Part shown: piece after piece, positions 1 through 10,380 of the stretch | Numbering within the stretch: the first letter of the stretch is position 1 | Layout of the letters: each line of letters starts with the position of its first letter | Virus record (IMG/VR): IMGVR_UViG_3300031760_000002 | Coordinates: 96,001-160,000 of that record | Strand: one strand, 5' to 3' | Source of the DNA: a virus | Lineage: Duplodnaviria; Caudoviricetes | DNA length: 64,000 bases | Translations under genes and position numbers: made by a program | The notes under the pieces: model-generated | Database searches by the model: none | Seen by the model: only the letters and a program-made list of their open reading frames with translations | What the model was told of the DNA's origin: nothing

Positions 1-68
1 AGACGAGGCTGGACGACGCCGATATACTCGGCGACTTTCTCAGCGAGCGTATCGTAGTCCGTATCCAT
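1..68 (-). CDS. 5' fragment of next head-module gene (runs off window)
   Basis: ATG at 68, 2 nt after the stop of the scaffold-like gene; open frame MDTDYDTLAEKVAEYIGVVQPR to the window edge. Confidence 0.55.
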   Translation of the reverse strand, partial: MDTDYDTLAEKVAEYIGVVQPR

Positions 69-70
69 CG

Positions 71-1321
71 TTACTTGAGTCTTCTGAGAGCTTCGATCAG
101 CTTTCCAGCGGTCTCCCTGGCTGCGGCCTTCTTGACGGAAGCAGCCTTTTCAGCCGGGTCAGCCGTGGCTTCTTCGGCACCAGCTCCGGCATCGGCTCCG
201 GCCACGTCACCGGCAAGGGCCTCGGACGCCTCCGGGGAGTCGGATTGTTCGGAAATCGCCTGGACTAGCGCCTGGGCGTCTTCCTCGGACAGTTCTCCGG
301 ACTCGATCGCCTCGGTAATGGCCTCGGCAACGTCGTCCTCGGAAATGTCGTCAGGAGCGCCTTCGTCCTGGGCACCCTCGGACACGGCCTGCGTAATGGC
401 AGCCGCGGTCTCCTGGTCAATCGTGCCTTCGGACGCGAGGTCCTGGACGGCTTCGACGATCTCGTCTGCAGAGAACTCGTCAAGGGCAGAAGCAGCCTCC
501 TCCGGAGACAGCTCGCCACCGCCAACGTCGCCTCCCTCGCCTCCGGCAAGAGCGGCCTCGGCATCGGCAGCCCCCTGTGCTTCGGCTGCATCGCCAAGGG
601 CCGCTTCGGCGTCTTGAGCGCCCTGGGCCTCCTGGAGATCGCCGATCATGGATTCGGCATCCTGCGCGCCCTTCTCGAACTCGTACTGCGCCTGCTCTTC
701 GGCGGCCTGCTTCTCAAGAAGTTCGATGACCTCCTTCGCGAATTCCGCACCGGCCCTCTTCGTGAGGGCTTGCTGAACGGCGAACTGGCCTTCCTCGTCC
801 GCAAGCGTAATCGCCGCGATCTTGGCCAGCATTCCCATGTCGACCGTGATCTTCTCCGGCTGTGCCGCAGGGGCCGCCTGCTTCTGTACCGCCTGCTTCT
901 GCACCGGCTGCTTCTCCTCCTGTGCCTTGGCCGGAGCAGCAGCCTTCTTCTTGAGGATCATGTCAACAAGGCTGTTTCCGAGGCTGTCCAGGGCGGAGGC
1001 CTCCTTGGCATTGGCATCCGCCGTGTCAAGCGGCTTCTTGTCCGGAGTAAGGACGGACTCTTCGGCCGTGTACCCCTCGTCTACGACCGGTACGTCCGAT
1101 CCGGGTTCCGCGCCATTGAGATTCCTGTTCTTCATGTTGTCGATGGTGTCGTCCTTGAGCGCGTCCGTCGGAGTCTTGGCGCCGGACGGAATGTCCTTGT
1201 CGTGCTCTGCACCGGGGAGGGAATCCACGTCCTGCCCGGTGATGTTCTCGGATTCGCGCTCTCCGGCCTCCTTAACGTAAGCCTTCACTTCGTCCATCCA
1301 ATCTTTGATTGTGTCTGCCAT
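71..1321 (-). CDS. acidic, Ala/Glu-rich putative scaffolding/prohead core protein
   Basis: 416 aa, very acidic and low complexity, many K-x-A motifs (QKQAA, AKIAA, TKRAG, EKQAA, EKAAS, VKKAA); directly follows the prohead protease. Confidence 0.55.
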   Translation of the reverse strand: MADTIKDWMDEVKAYVKEAGERESENITGQDVDSLPGAEHDKDIPSGAKTPTDALKDDTIDNMKNRNLNGAEPGSDVPVVDEGYTAEESVLTPDKKPLDTADANAKEASALDSLGNSLVDMILKKKAAAPAKAQEEKQPVQKQAVQKQAAPAAQPEKITVDMGMLAKIAAITLADEEGQFAVQQALTKRAGAEFAKEVIELLEKQAAEEQAQYEFEKGAQDAESMIGDLQEAQGAQDAEAALGDAAEAQGAADAEAALAGGEGGDVGGGELSPEEAASALDEFSADEIVEAVQDLASEGTIDQETAAAITQAVSEGAQDEGAPDDISEDDVAEAITEAIESGELSEEDAQALVQAISEQSDSPEASEALAGDVAGADAGAGAEEATADPAEKAASVKKAAARETAGKLIEALRRLK

Positions 1322-1324
1322 GGT

Positions 1325-2734
1325 TTATCTCTTTTGTAGGTTGTTTATGGAAGCCAAGGCCTCCAGTTCTAGTTTGTTGCCACGCCGGCTGTTCACAACT
1401 GCGTCTATCGCAGACAATTGGTAAGACAAATAGGCCTCCGCCAGTTTTGTCGTAACACCGTCATTTACGCATTTATCCGAAATTGTGTCAAGGTTGTACT
1501 TGATATCTGACGGGCATATAGTTGCCGAAATGATCCTTTCAGGTATCGAACCGCCCTCCTTGGACATCAGTTCCGAGCATCGCCTCGACACGTACGTCCT
1601 GTCAAGATCGTCGAACGCGTCGTAGGTCGTATCGTTGCAAAGCTTCGACACGGACGAAGACTTGACAAGAGAAGAAAGTACGGCAGGAACGGCCTTTTCT
1701 ACACGATCCATGTACGGTTTAACGACCTTTTCATAGTCGTCGCCGGTGGCATATTTGAAGAACGTAGGCACGTCCATAACTATTCCGGCCCGGGCCAAAT
1801 CCGACATCGCGTTCTTGATCGGCTCCTCCCTTAGCCTGGACACCAGTTCGTCGGAAAGGTGGTCCGCCGCGATTTTCCTGAACTCGTACAGGTATCCGTC
1901 CCTCGCTGTAACTACAGAAGCGGATTTTGTCAACCACCCTACGAACTCGTCCTGCATGCCGGCTATGTCCCTGGCATACCCCAGCTTCCTTGATGCAGAA
2001 TCGGATTCTACCGCGAAATCGTCAGGCGCCGTCACTCCCTCCAGCTCGGCGTACTTCACCGAATCCAAGTCCAGCGCCGAAGCCACCTTGAGATTCCATG
2101 CAATCCTGTCAGCCGGCCTTCCTACGAACGAAATGTCGAAGAACTTCGGCTGGTCGTTGAACGTTCCGACCTTGCGTCCGTCGTCCCAGAGCTCCCCGAG
2201 ATGGTTGGCCACATGGTCGCACTCCGACGAATCGCCGGCGGATTTACGCAGGGAACCGCAGATGGAGCATCTGTCGTTGGGAACCGTGCATGCCATGCTA
2301 AACGGTATTTCGCCCTCCTTTTCGAGCCTTTCAAGCTCTGGAGCGGCCTTCTCCTTGTCCGCGTGTATGAACAGTTCGACCCGCCCCATCGGCTCGTTGT
2401 ACGCCGCAGCCGCGATCTTCCCTATGCCCTGCGTCTTGGAGTCCTTGTTCCTGTGATGCCTATACACGCACCCGTCCATGAACGTTGGGTGGTACTCGAT
2501 GCACGCCTTCTTGCTGAACAGATCGCCGTTCCTGTTCATGCCGTAGTGCTCCGCGTCGCCGAGCGCCACGACATGTATTCCAACGGACTTGTCGTCCGGC
2601 TTGAGCTCCTCGTACTCTTTTCCGAAAATGGTGGAAGCCTGCTTGTGCAGCTCCCCCTCCCTCGTTATTATCTCGGCACCGACTCCTATCGTCGGATCCC
2701 AAGACGACGAATGTATCAACTTAACCATGCTCAT
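1325..2734 (-). CDS. prohead (capsid maturation) serine protease, HK97/assemblin-like fold with Cys/His insert
   Basis: NRNGDLF, YRHH (candidate catalytic His), FSMAC (candidate catalytic Ser), DRCSICG...CDH, FFDISFVGRPADRIA: motif order typical of large-phage prohead proteases. Confidence 0.8.
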   Translation of the reverse strand: MSMVKLIHSSSWDPTIGVGAEIITREGELHKQASTIFGKEYEELKPDDKSVGIHVVALGDAEHYGMNRNGDLFSKKACIEYHPTFMDGCVYRHHRNKDSKTQGIGKIAAAAYNEPMGRVELFIHADKEKAAPELERLEKEGEIPFSMACTVPNDRCSICGSLRKSAGDSSECDHVANHLGELWDDGRKVGTFNDQPKFFDISFVGRPADRIAWNLKVASALDLDSVKYAELEGVTAPDDFAVESDSASRKLGYARDIAGMQDEFVGWLTKSASVVTARDGYLYEFRKIAADHLSDELVSRLREEPIKNAMSDLARAGIVMDVPTFFKYATGDDYEKVVKPYMDRVEKAVPAVLSSLVKSSSVSKLCNDTTYDAFDDLDRTYVSRRCSELMSKEGGSIPERIISATICPSDIKYNLDTISDKCVNDGVTTKLAEAYLSYQLSAIDAVVNSRRGNKLELEALASINNLQKR

Positions 2735-2735
2735 T

Positions 2736-3545
2736 CTAGTCAGCCCCGTTCAAAGCAGCCGAGCCAAGTCCGCTACCAAGGGAAATCGCGGCCAGCAACG
2801 CGATCTTCCTGGCATTTCTCCCCTTCCGTATCGCATCCATGTACTTCCTCGGATTTCCTCCGGTAATACCTGTGCCACCGGCCGGCCGAAGGCCTCTTAT
2901 ATACCTTCTAAATGCACGGTCCTTTCCGATCTGGGCACGCCTGGCTTTTTTACTGAACAGCATCTTTATGTCGTTCAAAATGCCAGATTTTGCCTTATCC
3001 CACTGTGCCGCCGTCTCCCTGATCCTGTCGACATCCGCCTGGCTCATGTTCCTGGTAGGATGGAGATCCCGCAGATAATTGGAGTCCTCCAATTTAAATA
3101 CGTTTGGAACGCTAGACCTTATTGCGGCATCCCTGTTCTCAAGCACCTTTTTCTGTATCTGGTAATACAGGCTTCTGCCGGCGGCCGTCCCGGTTCCTGC
3201 GGCAGTAAGCCCGGCAGCGGTGCTCCATCCGAACTCCGGTACGTTCCGCTGGAAAAACCCGGGCTTGTCTACGAGCATGCCGAGGCGCCTGCCAAGCCTG
3301 CTCATGCCGAATCCGCCGACGCCGCCAAGGGCAGCACCGGTAAGAATGTTGGTCAGCAGCCTCGACTTCTTGTCCTCGTCTTCGTCCTCTGGCGTCAATT
3401 TGTCAGCGACGTACCCCGCTCCGCCGCCAAGGACGGTTCCGGCTATAGCCATTGCAAGATCCGATTTGGCATCGGATTTCTTGCACAGGGCCGGAGCCGC
3501 GAATTTATACAGGCTCATAGCCTGGTCTGAAACGCTAGAACTCAT
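2736..3545 (-). CDS. hypothetical virion protein with Gly-zipper hydrophobic segments
   Basis: 269 aa, GxxxG-rich hydrophobic stretches, tight packing in the operon. Confidence 0.6.
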   Translation of the reverse strand: MSSSVSDQAMSLYKFAAPALCKKSDAKSDLAMAIAGTVLGGGAGYVADKLTPEDEDEDKKSRLLTNILTGAALGGVGGFGMSRLGRRLGMLVDKPGFFQRNVPEFGWSTAAGLTAAGTGTAAGRSLYYQIQKKVLENRDAAIRSSVPNVFKLEDSNYLRDLHPTRNMSQADVDRIRETAAQWDKAKSGILNDIKMLFSKKARRAQIGKDRAFRRYIRGLRPAGGTGITGGNPRKYMDAIRKGRNARKIALLAAISLGSGLGSAALNGAD

Positions 3546-4050
3546 AGACTTCTTCCTTCACAAGGTTTGAATTTATCTTCCTAAGCCTGTCGACGGCCTT
3601 GGCGATACGTTTCACAATCTCGTCTGCCCAAGACCTGGCACACAGGGCAGGGTCGTCGAAATCTTCCTCCCCGAATTCGACAAGTATCGGCATGTCGCTC
3701 CTGATCTTTTTCTCCTGTTCCGGAAGCTCGAAGCAGCAATCGTCATCATTGCTTTCATCGCAGCCGCAGTCTCCGCTCTGCGACGTAAGCTCTACGATAC
3801 CTGGATCCGTACCGTACCCGCTGTCCAGATCGTCCCGTACGATCATGCCAAGTTCCCTGTCCAGCCTGCCTTTTCTCCTGCCGTGCCGTTTGATGCACTT
3901 CGTGCAATGCTTGAGAAACTTTCCTCCGATCTGGATCGTAGGCTCCCCAAACCTGACGATCAGGTCGAGCTCGTGCCTGCTCCAGTCGTCGGTGGATATC
4001 ACGACGCTGAGAACGGAATTTATCCTGTTCTGGTTTACCCTTACCTTCAT
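3535..4050 (-). CDS. hypothetical protein
   Basis: start reassigned to MKVRVNQ (ATGA overlap with the upstream stop). Confidence 0.6.
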   Translation of the reverse strand: MKVRVNQNRINSVLSVVISTDDWSRHELDLIVRFGEPTIQIGGKFLKHCTKCIKRHGRRKGRLDRELGMIVRDDLDSGYGTDPGIVELTSQSGDCGCDESNDDDCCFELPEQEKKIRSDMPILVEFGEEDFDDPALCARSWADEIVKRIAKAVDRLRKINSNLVKEEVYEF

Positions 4051-5438
4051 GCCCTGGCCCCGATTTTTCCCTGGTTCTTGAGAAGCACGTTGTCGAGGTC
4101 GGCCCACTGTTTGGCGTCAAACGGCGACACCGCTACGGAATTGACGGACTGCCTAAGCACCGCCCTCACTATCTCCTTGTTCAAGGACGCCTGAGGAGCC
4201 ACGTCGACGAGATTCTGGTACGCCGACGTTACGGCTTCCGGATCGGCTTCGGACAAAACAGGGTCATTGGCGTACAGATCGCTTATGATGCTGCTCCTGA
4301 TCACGTTGTCGACGTAATTCTTGATCTTGGAGTCCTTCTTGTCGGACCCGCCGATGGCCTTGTCTATCTTCTCGGATGAAATTCCTCCGCCCTGTAGATA
4401 GTTCCATATCTCCTTGACTCCGGCAGGCGCTTCAGGGATTCCGGCCTTCAAACCTGCTTTTGTGGCCTTCCACGTACCTGAAACTCCTTTTCCAAGCCAT
4501 GGATCGTCCTTGTCCTTTTTGGAGTCCTTGTCGTCATCTCCGCCGCCATTCGGCTGCGGAGGTGGCGGAAAAGGGGGATTCGGAGCGGCTGCCTCCTTCT
4601 CAACCCTGTGGTAGTCCGCTATAAGCCTTTTCGCCTCGGATTCCCTGGACGCGACCAATTCTACCAACGAATGAAGCTCGGCGACCTTCTTCAGGTCCGA
4701 TTCGATCTGCTTGGCCATTTCGACTTCAACCCTGACGCCGGAATCGTCGAACACGTTGGACCTGTTGATCGCCTTGAGGTGCGGGCCGGCGGACTTTATC
4801 AGGTCTGGCCTTAGGACCTTGTCTATCTCCCTTACGGCCGACGGAAACTTCTTGGCGGCCGCGGCCTTGAAGATGGCGTACCTGGCCTCCGGTTCGTAGC
4901 CGGACGACAGCATGCGGGCAACCTTGTCAAGCCTGCTGGCTATGAGGGACTGTGACATGGCCTCGCGTTCCTCCGCGAAACGTCTGCGCCCTTCCAGTTC
5001 AGAAGCATACTTTACAACCCTGTCGACGACTTGTTTCCTCGTGAACCCGTCCGTGGCCTTGGGCCTCTTCTCCTCGGACGCCGCCTTCTCCATGTGGGCG
5101 GCCTTGCGGTAATCGGACTCGTCGAACCCGTACGCCGAGTAGTCGTACTCGGTATCGCCGAAGGACGCCTTCTTTTCGGTCCTGTCCTCGAAAAGCATGC
5201 GATGCACCTCGTTCTTGTCGGCTATGTCGCAATTGGACGTCCTGTCCTCCGCGTTCTTCTCGTAGTGGGCTATCACCCTGGCGGTGTTCATCGTCTCTAC
5301 AAGCCTGTCGGTCTGGTCGACATTGAGATTGAAGTCCGCCGCAGCCTTGACGATGGACGAATTTATATCCATGCCAGAGTTGTAGTAGTCAACCGTCTTA
5401 GGAAGGATCTCGTCCCTCAGCTGTTCCTTGAATGACAT
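4047..5438 (-). CDS. hypothetical head protein with repeated K-x-A motifs
   Basis: 463 aa helical protein; EKKAS, EKAAS, VKYAS, IKSAG, EKEAA. Confidence 0.65.
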   Translation of the reverse strand: MSFKEQLRDEILPKTVDYYNSGMDINSSIVKAAADFNLNVDQTDRLVETMNTARVIAHYEKNAEDRTSNCDIADKNEVHRMLFEDRTEKKASFGDTEYDYSAYGFDESDYRKAAHMEKAASEEKRPKATDGFTRKQVVDRVVKYASELEGRRRFAEEREAMSQSLIASRLDKVARMLSSGYEPEARYAIFKAAAAKKFPSAVREIDKVLRPDLIKSAGPHLKAINRSNVFDDSGVRVEVEMAKQIESDLKKVAELHSLVELVASRESEAKRLIADYHRVEKEAAAPNPPFPPPPQPNGGGDDDKDSKKDKDDPWLGKGVSGTWKATKAGLKAGIPEAPAGVKEIWNYLQGGGISSEKIDKAIGGSDKKDSKIKNYVDNVIRSSIISDLYANDPVLSEADPEAVTSAYQNLVDVAPQASLNKEIVRAVLRQSVNSVAVSPFDAKQWADLDNVLLKNQGKIGARA

Positions 5439-5439
5439 T

Positions 5440-6378
5440 TCAAGTGTCTCCTTTTGAAACTGATTTTACAACATTTCTACCGCTTTCGTCCAACTCAACG
5501 GAAGCCACAGCCGACTCGGCCCTCAGCCTTGCGGCTGTTGCCTCCTCTCGCATCCTGGCCTCGTCGACCCCCTTCGCCGTAGCGTCTATGACGGTAGGCG
5601 ACACAAGCCGCAGCATGTCCTGCATGGCTCTAACCATGCCTATGTCGGACTGGCCGGAATTCTTTCCGTCGGCTATTAGCTTCTGCTGGGCCGATATCGC
5701 CGAAAGAAGCTTTGCCATCGACTCATGCCCGACACGGTCCGCGAACATCGACATGAACAGCCTGGACTGTGCGAGCCTCCACATCTCGTCAAGGAGATAC
5801 TCCTGCGATTTGTTCTTTATGCCGTGGGCATCCTTCCACAGCCATACGGACACGAGCGTGTCGTACCCCATCAAGGAGCCGATCATCTTCCACATCTGTT
5901 CGGGCGGCGTGTCCTGGTTGAATTCGCCTGACGGAAGCGCAAAATACTGTCGAAGCTGGCACGACCTCGACAGACGGCCTTCGGAATCCCTGATATTGAA
6001 ATACAGCTTCTCGTACGCGATTATGGCGCCTATGTCCTGCCTGTCTCCAAGCAGATCCATGGAAATGGTGTCGTAGCTCGCTGCGGTGAGAAGCAGCGGC
6101 TCAAGCCTGAACCTTACATCGGATACGTTCGAACCCTGGAACCACAGGCTCGCAAGCCTTAGTTCAACCTGCTCCTTCGTGAGTATCGCGTTCCTCTTTA
6201 TGGCGCGAAAATACGAAAGCTGCTTCTTTACCCACGGGTCGTTCCTGTACCTTGCGTATACCGGGTCTATCCTGTCGTTGGATTCTGTCAACGCGACGGC
6301 AAGCTCATTGCGCCAATCCGGGTCGTACTGGCCCGGATTGTCCATAGGCGTTACTATGACCGTATCGTTGATCCGCAT
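5440..6378 (-). CDS. hypothetical protein
   Basis: 312 aa, 1-3 nt spacing to its neighbours. Confidence 0.65.
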   Translation of the reverse strand: MRINDTVIVTPMDNPGQYDPDWRNELAVALTESNDRIDPVYARYRNDPWVKKQLSYFRAIKRNAILTKEQVELRLASLWFQGSNVSDVRFRLEPLLLTAASYDTISMDLLGDRQDIGAIIAYEKLYFNIRDSEGRLSRSCQLRQYFALPSGEFNQDTPPEQMWKMIGSLMGYDTLVSVWLWKDAHGIKNKSQEYLLDEMWRLAQSRLFMSMFADRVGHESMAKLLSAISAQQKLIADGKNSGQSDIGMVRAMQDMLRLVSPTVIDATAKGVDEARMREEATAARLRAESAVASVELDESGRNVVKSVSKGDT

Positions 6379-6381
6379 GCA

Positions 6382-7176
6382 TTACTGTCCGAATTGCCGT
6401 CTGGCGACAGGCGCCGAATACGGCGCATCCCATGGTTTTGCAGGGGCGGGCTCCGGCTTCGGAGCCGCCTTGTAGTCGGCGACGGCCTTCCTCGACTCGC
6501 GCATCCTCTGGTTCCAGAGAACGGCATTTGGATCAAGCTCCTTGCCATCCTTCCTGTAGAACTCGCCGGTTTCTCCGTTGAACAGGTGGTTGTAGAACAT
6601 CGGAAGGCTTCTGCGCCCGTCCATCAGCTCCCTGTACATATCCCTCGGCGCGGCATTCGCAGCCGCCGGTGCCGACCGCCTCTTCAGGCCTCCGCCGTCG
6701 TAAAGGTAGAAGTCTCGTTCCTCGTTGGAAAGGCCGTTTCCATGTTCGTTGGCGGCAAGGGCCGTATCAATATGGCTGTTGAACTGGTCCAACCTCTCTC
6801 GAAGCTTAAGCCGCTCCTCCGGCGTGGCGGCTCCGGCCAGCTGGGCCTTCATCCAATTTTCGCCGGCGGACCTGAGCCCTTCAGCGTAACTGGCCCTCTC
6901 CTTACGTTCCCTCGCGTGGCTTCCGCTAAAAATGCTTCCGAGCGCCCTGGTCAGGAGCCATCCCTGCCTGTTGCCGTCTGCAAAACCGTCGTTAGGAAGA
7001 TACCTTGTAATGTCGCCAAGATATTTGTTGTTCTTCGCGAAGTCGAGGGCCATGTTGCGCTGGCCATTCCTGAAGTCGTCGTCTATGGCTATCTTGCACA
7101 GCACGGACGCGTCGTCGATCGACGCCCCAAGCTCCGCGCACTTCGAGAAAAACCCGTTTACATACCCCTGTGTCAT
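6382..7176 (-). CDS. GFxxKCAE-leader protein (putative capsid cargo)
   Basis: N-terminus MTQGYVNGFFSKCAELG...CKIA. Confidence 0.7.
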   Translation of the reverse strand: MTQGYVNGFFSKCAELGASIDDASVLCKIAIDDDFRNGQRNMALDFAKNNKYLGDITRYLPNDGFADGNRQGWLLTRALGSIFSGSHARERKERASYAEGLRSAGENWMKAQLAGAATPEERLKLRERLDQFNSHIDTALAANEHGNGLSNEERDFYLYDGGGLKRRSAPAAANAAPRDMYRELMDGRRSLPMFYNHLFNGETGEFYRKDGKELDPNAVLWNQRMRESRKAVADYKAAPKPEPAPAKPWDAPYSAPVARRQFGQ

Positions 7177-7185
7177 CGGTACCCC

Positions 7186-7554
7186 CTATTTAAAGAAAAG
7201 GTGTTCAACTATAGGCGCAACGACGACAGCAAGTATCGTAATGCCGCAAGTGATCCACACTGCGCTGTTCTTTTCCTTCGTCGCCATTGACGCCTTGATG
7301 CTCGCGATATCCGTCTTCATGTCGTCAAGTCCGCTTATCTTGTCTTTCACTTCCTTCAACTCCGTCCTGAAGTTTTCCATCTGGGCATGCATCGCGGCGA
7401 ACTGCGTTATCAACGGTGGCGTGCCATTGCCGTGCATGACGGTCTTCTCGAGCTTGTCGACCCTGCCTACGAGGCTATCCAGCACGGCCTTGTCCTTCGC
7501 CAGATAGCCACGGACCTCCTCCCGGAACGCCTCCTGTTTCTCCTCTTCAGACAT
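7186..7554 (-). CDS. coiled-coil protein with C-terminal TM helix (holin/XhlA-like architecture)
   Basis: start reassigned to MSEEEK; heptad-rich body, then AVWITCGITILAVVVAPIV. Confidence 0.5.
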   Translation of the reverse strand: MSEEEKQEAFREEVRGYLAKDKAVLDSLVGRVDKLEKTVMHGNGTPPLITQFAAMHAQMENFRTELKEVKDKISGLDDMKTDIASIKASMATKEKNSAVWITCGITILAVVVAPIVEHLFFK

Positions 7555-7555
7555 C

Positions 7556-10042
7556 TTATGCTCCAATCGTATCCACATCGGCGTCGGCGTCTCCGCCGCC
7601 AACGGCCTTGCGCTTCAAATCGAGGGTCAATTTGCCAAGTTGCTTGAAGCAGCTCCTGAGCGAATCCTCCATCTCGATGACGTCGTCGGTACCGTAGCGC
7701 TCTATGAAATCGTTGTGCTTCCAATAGTACAGGAACAGGACTCGGCCAAGACGGTCGACCGCCTGTATGAACTCCGGCAGGTACGAATCGATGACGGCTC
7801 CGGTATCATATACCTTCGCAAGCCCGCCTATCGCGGCCTTGTCGAAGACGTGCTTCTGACCGAGCTTCGCGGCCTCCTGTGCCAGCTGTCCGGCCTCCTC
7901 GTCGAAATCGGCCTCGCCGCCGGCGTCGCCGGACTCCTCCGACTGCCGCGAGATGTCGCCTCCTATGTTCTCTCCCTGGAAATTGTCCGGAGGAGGCAGC
8001 TCAACACCCGTAAACGGCATCTTGGACTCGTCGTAGTACGGAGATTCGTACACCGGGATTCCGGTGTACGGATCCGACTCCGGCGTCTGGCCGCCCGGCA
8101 TGTTCGTGCCAACGCCTACAAACTGTCCAAGTTTGAGCAGACACACCGACTTGCGGTTGACCGAAGCCTCCTTCAAAAGCCTCTTGGCGTCATGCCCGTC
8201 TACCCCAAGCCTCGTAACAAGCATTATCGCAGCCTGCTTGTACCCGTACGGCCGCGTGAAATGACCGCCGTCGAACCTTACGAGAAACTCGCTTCCGGTA
8301 TCCGACTGTATCTCCAGCTTCGCGGCGCCCTCCTTGCGGAGCTCCAGAGTAAGCGAGTCGATCGATCCGAGCCTGTACTCGACCTTGTCCCTCCGCTTCT
8401 TGTCTTCCGTGCTATCCGGGAATGGCGTCGTGTCGGAACCGAAATTTATGATCTCGCCGATCTGCAGCGCCTTCCAGTCGGACGGAAGCACAACGGTGCC
8501 TCCGACCTGTTTTGCGGATCCGGTGAAGTCGGCCAGCTCAATGGCGCTGATATAGCAGCTTCCGACGTTCTTCATGGACCCGTCCCTGTTATGGAACTCG
8601 TCCTTTGCCCAATAGTTGGTGAAATCGTCCTGCGGATCCGGCCTCCAATTGTCCTCCCCGTAGTACGAGAACGATCCGTTTATTACGGGGCGCTCGCCCT
8701 TGTCCCTCTTCAGGCTGGAAACGTGGTACTCCGGCATCGACGTACCGTTCTTGCTGATGAAGATGTAGTCTCCTCTAACCTCAACGTCCGGAATCTTCTT
8801 GGCGGCGTCCATAATGTCCTTTACGCCCCCAACGGCACCGCCTTCCGTGAAGATATCGCGGCTCTTCGCCGTGATCATCTGCCTGTTGTCCGGGAAATAG
8901 ACCACCATGGACGAATTGGCGCCCCTGTGGAACACCCTGTCCATGTTCATGACGTACGCCTTGACGGTCTTTCCGCCGTTCACGAGAACGTTGTAGACAC
9001 CGGGCTTGTCCGGGTTCTGGAAGTTCTTCTCGTAGTCCGTCTCGATGACGTCGGACTTCTGCTCCGGAGGACGGCTGTCGTGCACGATGAACCCGTCCTC
9101 AAGAACCTCCCTGGCCTCGTCCTCGTCCATGGCATCCGAAGTGATCCTGACTTTCGGGGCCTTCTCCGCGATCTCCTCGGCCTGCTTGCGAAGAAGATAG
9201 CAATCGCGGCCATGGTTCGGGTACGAATCGACGTGAAACGCAACCGGTCCTACGTAGAACTCCGCCGCGGCATTTGCCATTTTGACGTTGTTCAGAGACT
9301 TCAGAAGCGTTCTTTCTGCACGAGGGCCTCCCACCTTCAGGATGAAATCCCGAACCGGGGACGAAGCCGACTTCTTGAACGGGGTACGAACTCCACCCAT
9401 CGCGCAGCAGGAACCAACGAACGACGCCTTGAACTCAGGATCGTTGTCGAACCTGTCCTGTATGTCCTTCCTTATTACGTCCCATGCCTCGGCGAACTTC
9501 CACGGCTTGTCGTCGGCAGACGCGTACTTTGCGCTGTACCTTGGACCCCCGAGCGGCCCTACCGTTGGCCTCTGAAGGAACTGGAAGTTCGGATTCTCGA
9601 ACGTAGACTGGTCCCCGGCTATCTCCTGCGACTGCGCCGACGGGGCCTCGTTTCCAAGCTCCTTGGCCTTCCTGTTGATGATGTAGTTGATCCACTCCTC
9701 GGTAAGCGGCACGAACGAATTAGTCCTCTTGGACAGAATCGAATCTATGCCCTTGACCTGGCTGTTCATGAAGAACGCGGGGACGTAATAGTAATCCCCG
9801 TCGATCTTGAACCCGAAGATTCCAACGGCCCTCGTACCGTTCTCGGAGCGGTCTACGACCTCGAACCCCACGATGTACTGCATCAGGGCCGGGGCGCGAT
9901 CCTGGATGAACTGGAACGCAAGATTCGAAAAATCCTGTGCGAACTGCACTTCGTCCGGCTGCTCCTGCGCCTTCTTCTGAAGCCAGGTGTCGACGCCGGA
10001 ATCATGCGTAGCCAGCAGTGAATTGATATCGAGTTTAGCCAT
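7556..10042 (-). CDS. large hypothetical virion protein with repeated K-x-A motifs
   Basis: 828 aa; QKKAQ, AKYAS, KKSAS, VKMAN, RKQAE, YKQAA, LKEAS. Confidence 0.7.
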   Translation of the reverse strand: MAKLDINSLLATHDSGVDTWLQKKAQEQPDEVQFAQDFSNLAFQFIQDRAPALMQYIVGFEVVDRSENGTRAVGIFGFKIDGDYYYVPAFFMNSQVKGIDSILSKRTNSFVPLTEEWINYIINRKAKELGNEAPSAQSQEIAGDQSTFENPNFQFLQRPTVGPLGGPRYSAKYASADDKPWKFAEAWDVIRKDIQDRFDNDPEFKASFVGSCCAMGGVRTPFKKSASSPVRDFILKVGGPRAERTLLKSLNNVKMANAAAEFYVGPVAFHVDSYPNHGRDCYLLRKQAEEIAEKAPKVRITSDAMDEDEAREVLEDGFIVHDSRPPEQKSDVIETDYEKNFQNPDKPGVYNVLVNGGKTVKAYVMNMDRVFHRGANSSMVVYFPDNRQMITAKSRDIFTEGGAVGGVKDIMDAAKKIPDVEVRGDYIFISKNGTSMPEYHVSSLKRDKGERPVINGSFSYYGEDNWRPDPQDDFTNYWAKDEFHNRDGSMKNVGSCYISAIELADFTGSAKQVGGTVVLPSDWKALQIGEIINFGSDTTPFPDSTEDKKRRDKVEYRLGSIDSLTLELRKEGAAKLEIQSDTGSEFLVRFDGGHFTRPYGYKQAAIMLVTRLGVDGHDAKRLLKEASVNRKSVCLLKLGQFVGVGTNMPGGQTPESDPYTGIPVYESPYYDESKMPFTGVELPPPDNFQGENIGGDISRQSEESGDAGGEADFDEEAGQLAQEAAKLGQKHVFDKAAIGGLAKVYDTGAVIDSYLPEFIQAVDRLGRVLFLYYWKHNDFIERYGTDDVIEMEDSLRSCFKQLGKLTLDLKRKAVGGGDADADVDTIGA

Positions 10043-10062
10043 TACAGTCCACCCTTAGATTA

Positions 10063-10380
10063 TTAAGCCTTGCCAACGGTTACGACCTGTCCCATCGGGT
10101 CGAGCCCCGCGTAGTCCCTGACCTTGTTGCTGAGATGGGCCGCTCCGAGGCCAGCTAGGGACCCGATACCGACCCCTGCGAGTGCTCCGGCTCCGCCCTT
10201 TGCGGTGCCACCGGCAACTCCACCGGCGTATGCGCCAAGAAGGGCGCCAAGGATCAGCTTGAGCTTCCTTCTCCTTGCGACGTAGTCTATGTCGGCCGAC
10301 TCCTGGGCCAGTTTAAGCATGCGCTTGCATTCGGCTATGCGAACCGCATGCGCGATCTTGGTAAGATTTTCCTGTTTCAT
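10063..10380 (-). CDS. small Gly-zipper membrane-type protein
   Basis: TKIA/LKLA motifs followed by two GxxxG hydrophobic helices. Confidence 0.6.
   Translation of the reverse strand: MKQENLTKIAHAVRIAECKRMLKLAQESADIDYVARRRKLKLILGALLGAYAGGVAGGTAKGGAGALAGVGIGSLAGLGAAHLSNKVRDYAGLDPMGQVVTVGKA

Noticed and set aside
7556-10042. Major capsid or tail sheath assignment
   Set aside because: No diagnostic motifs were recognised; the major capsid gene more likely lies beyond the left edge, after the protease and scaffold.
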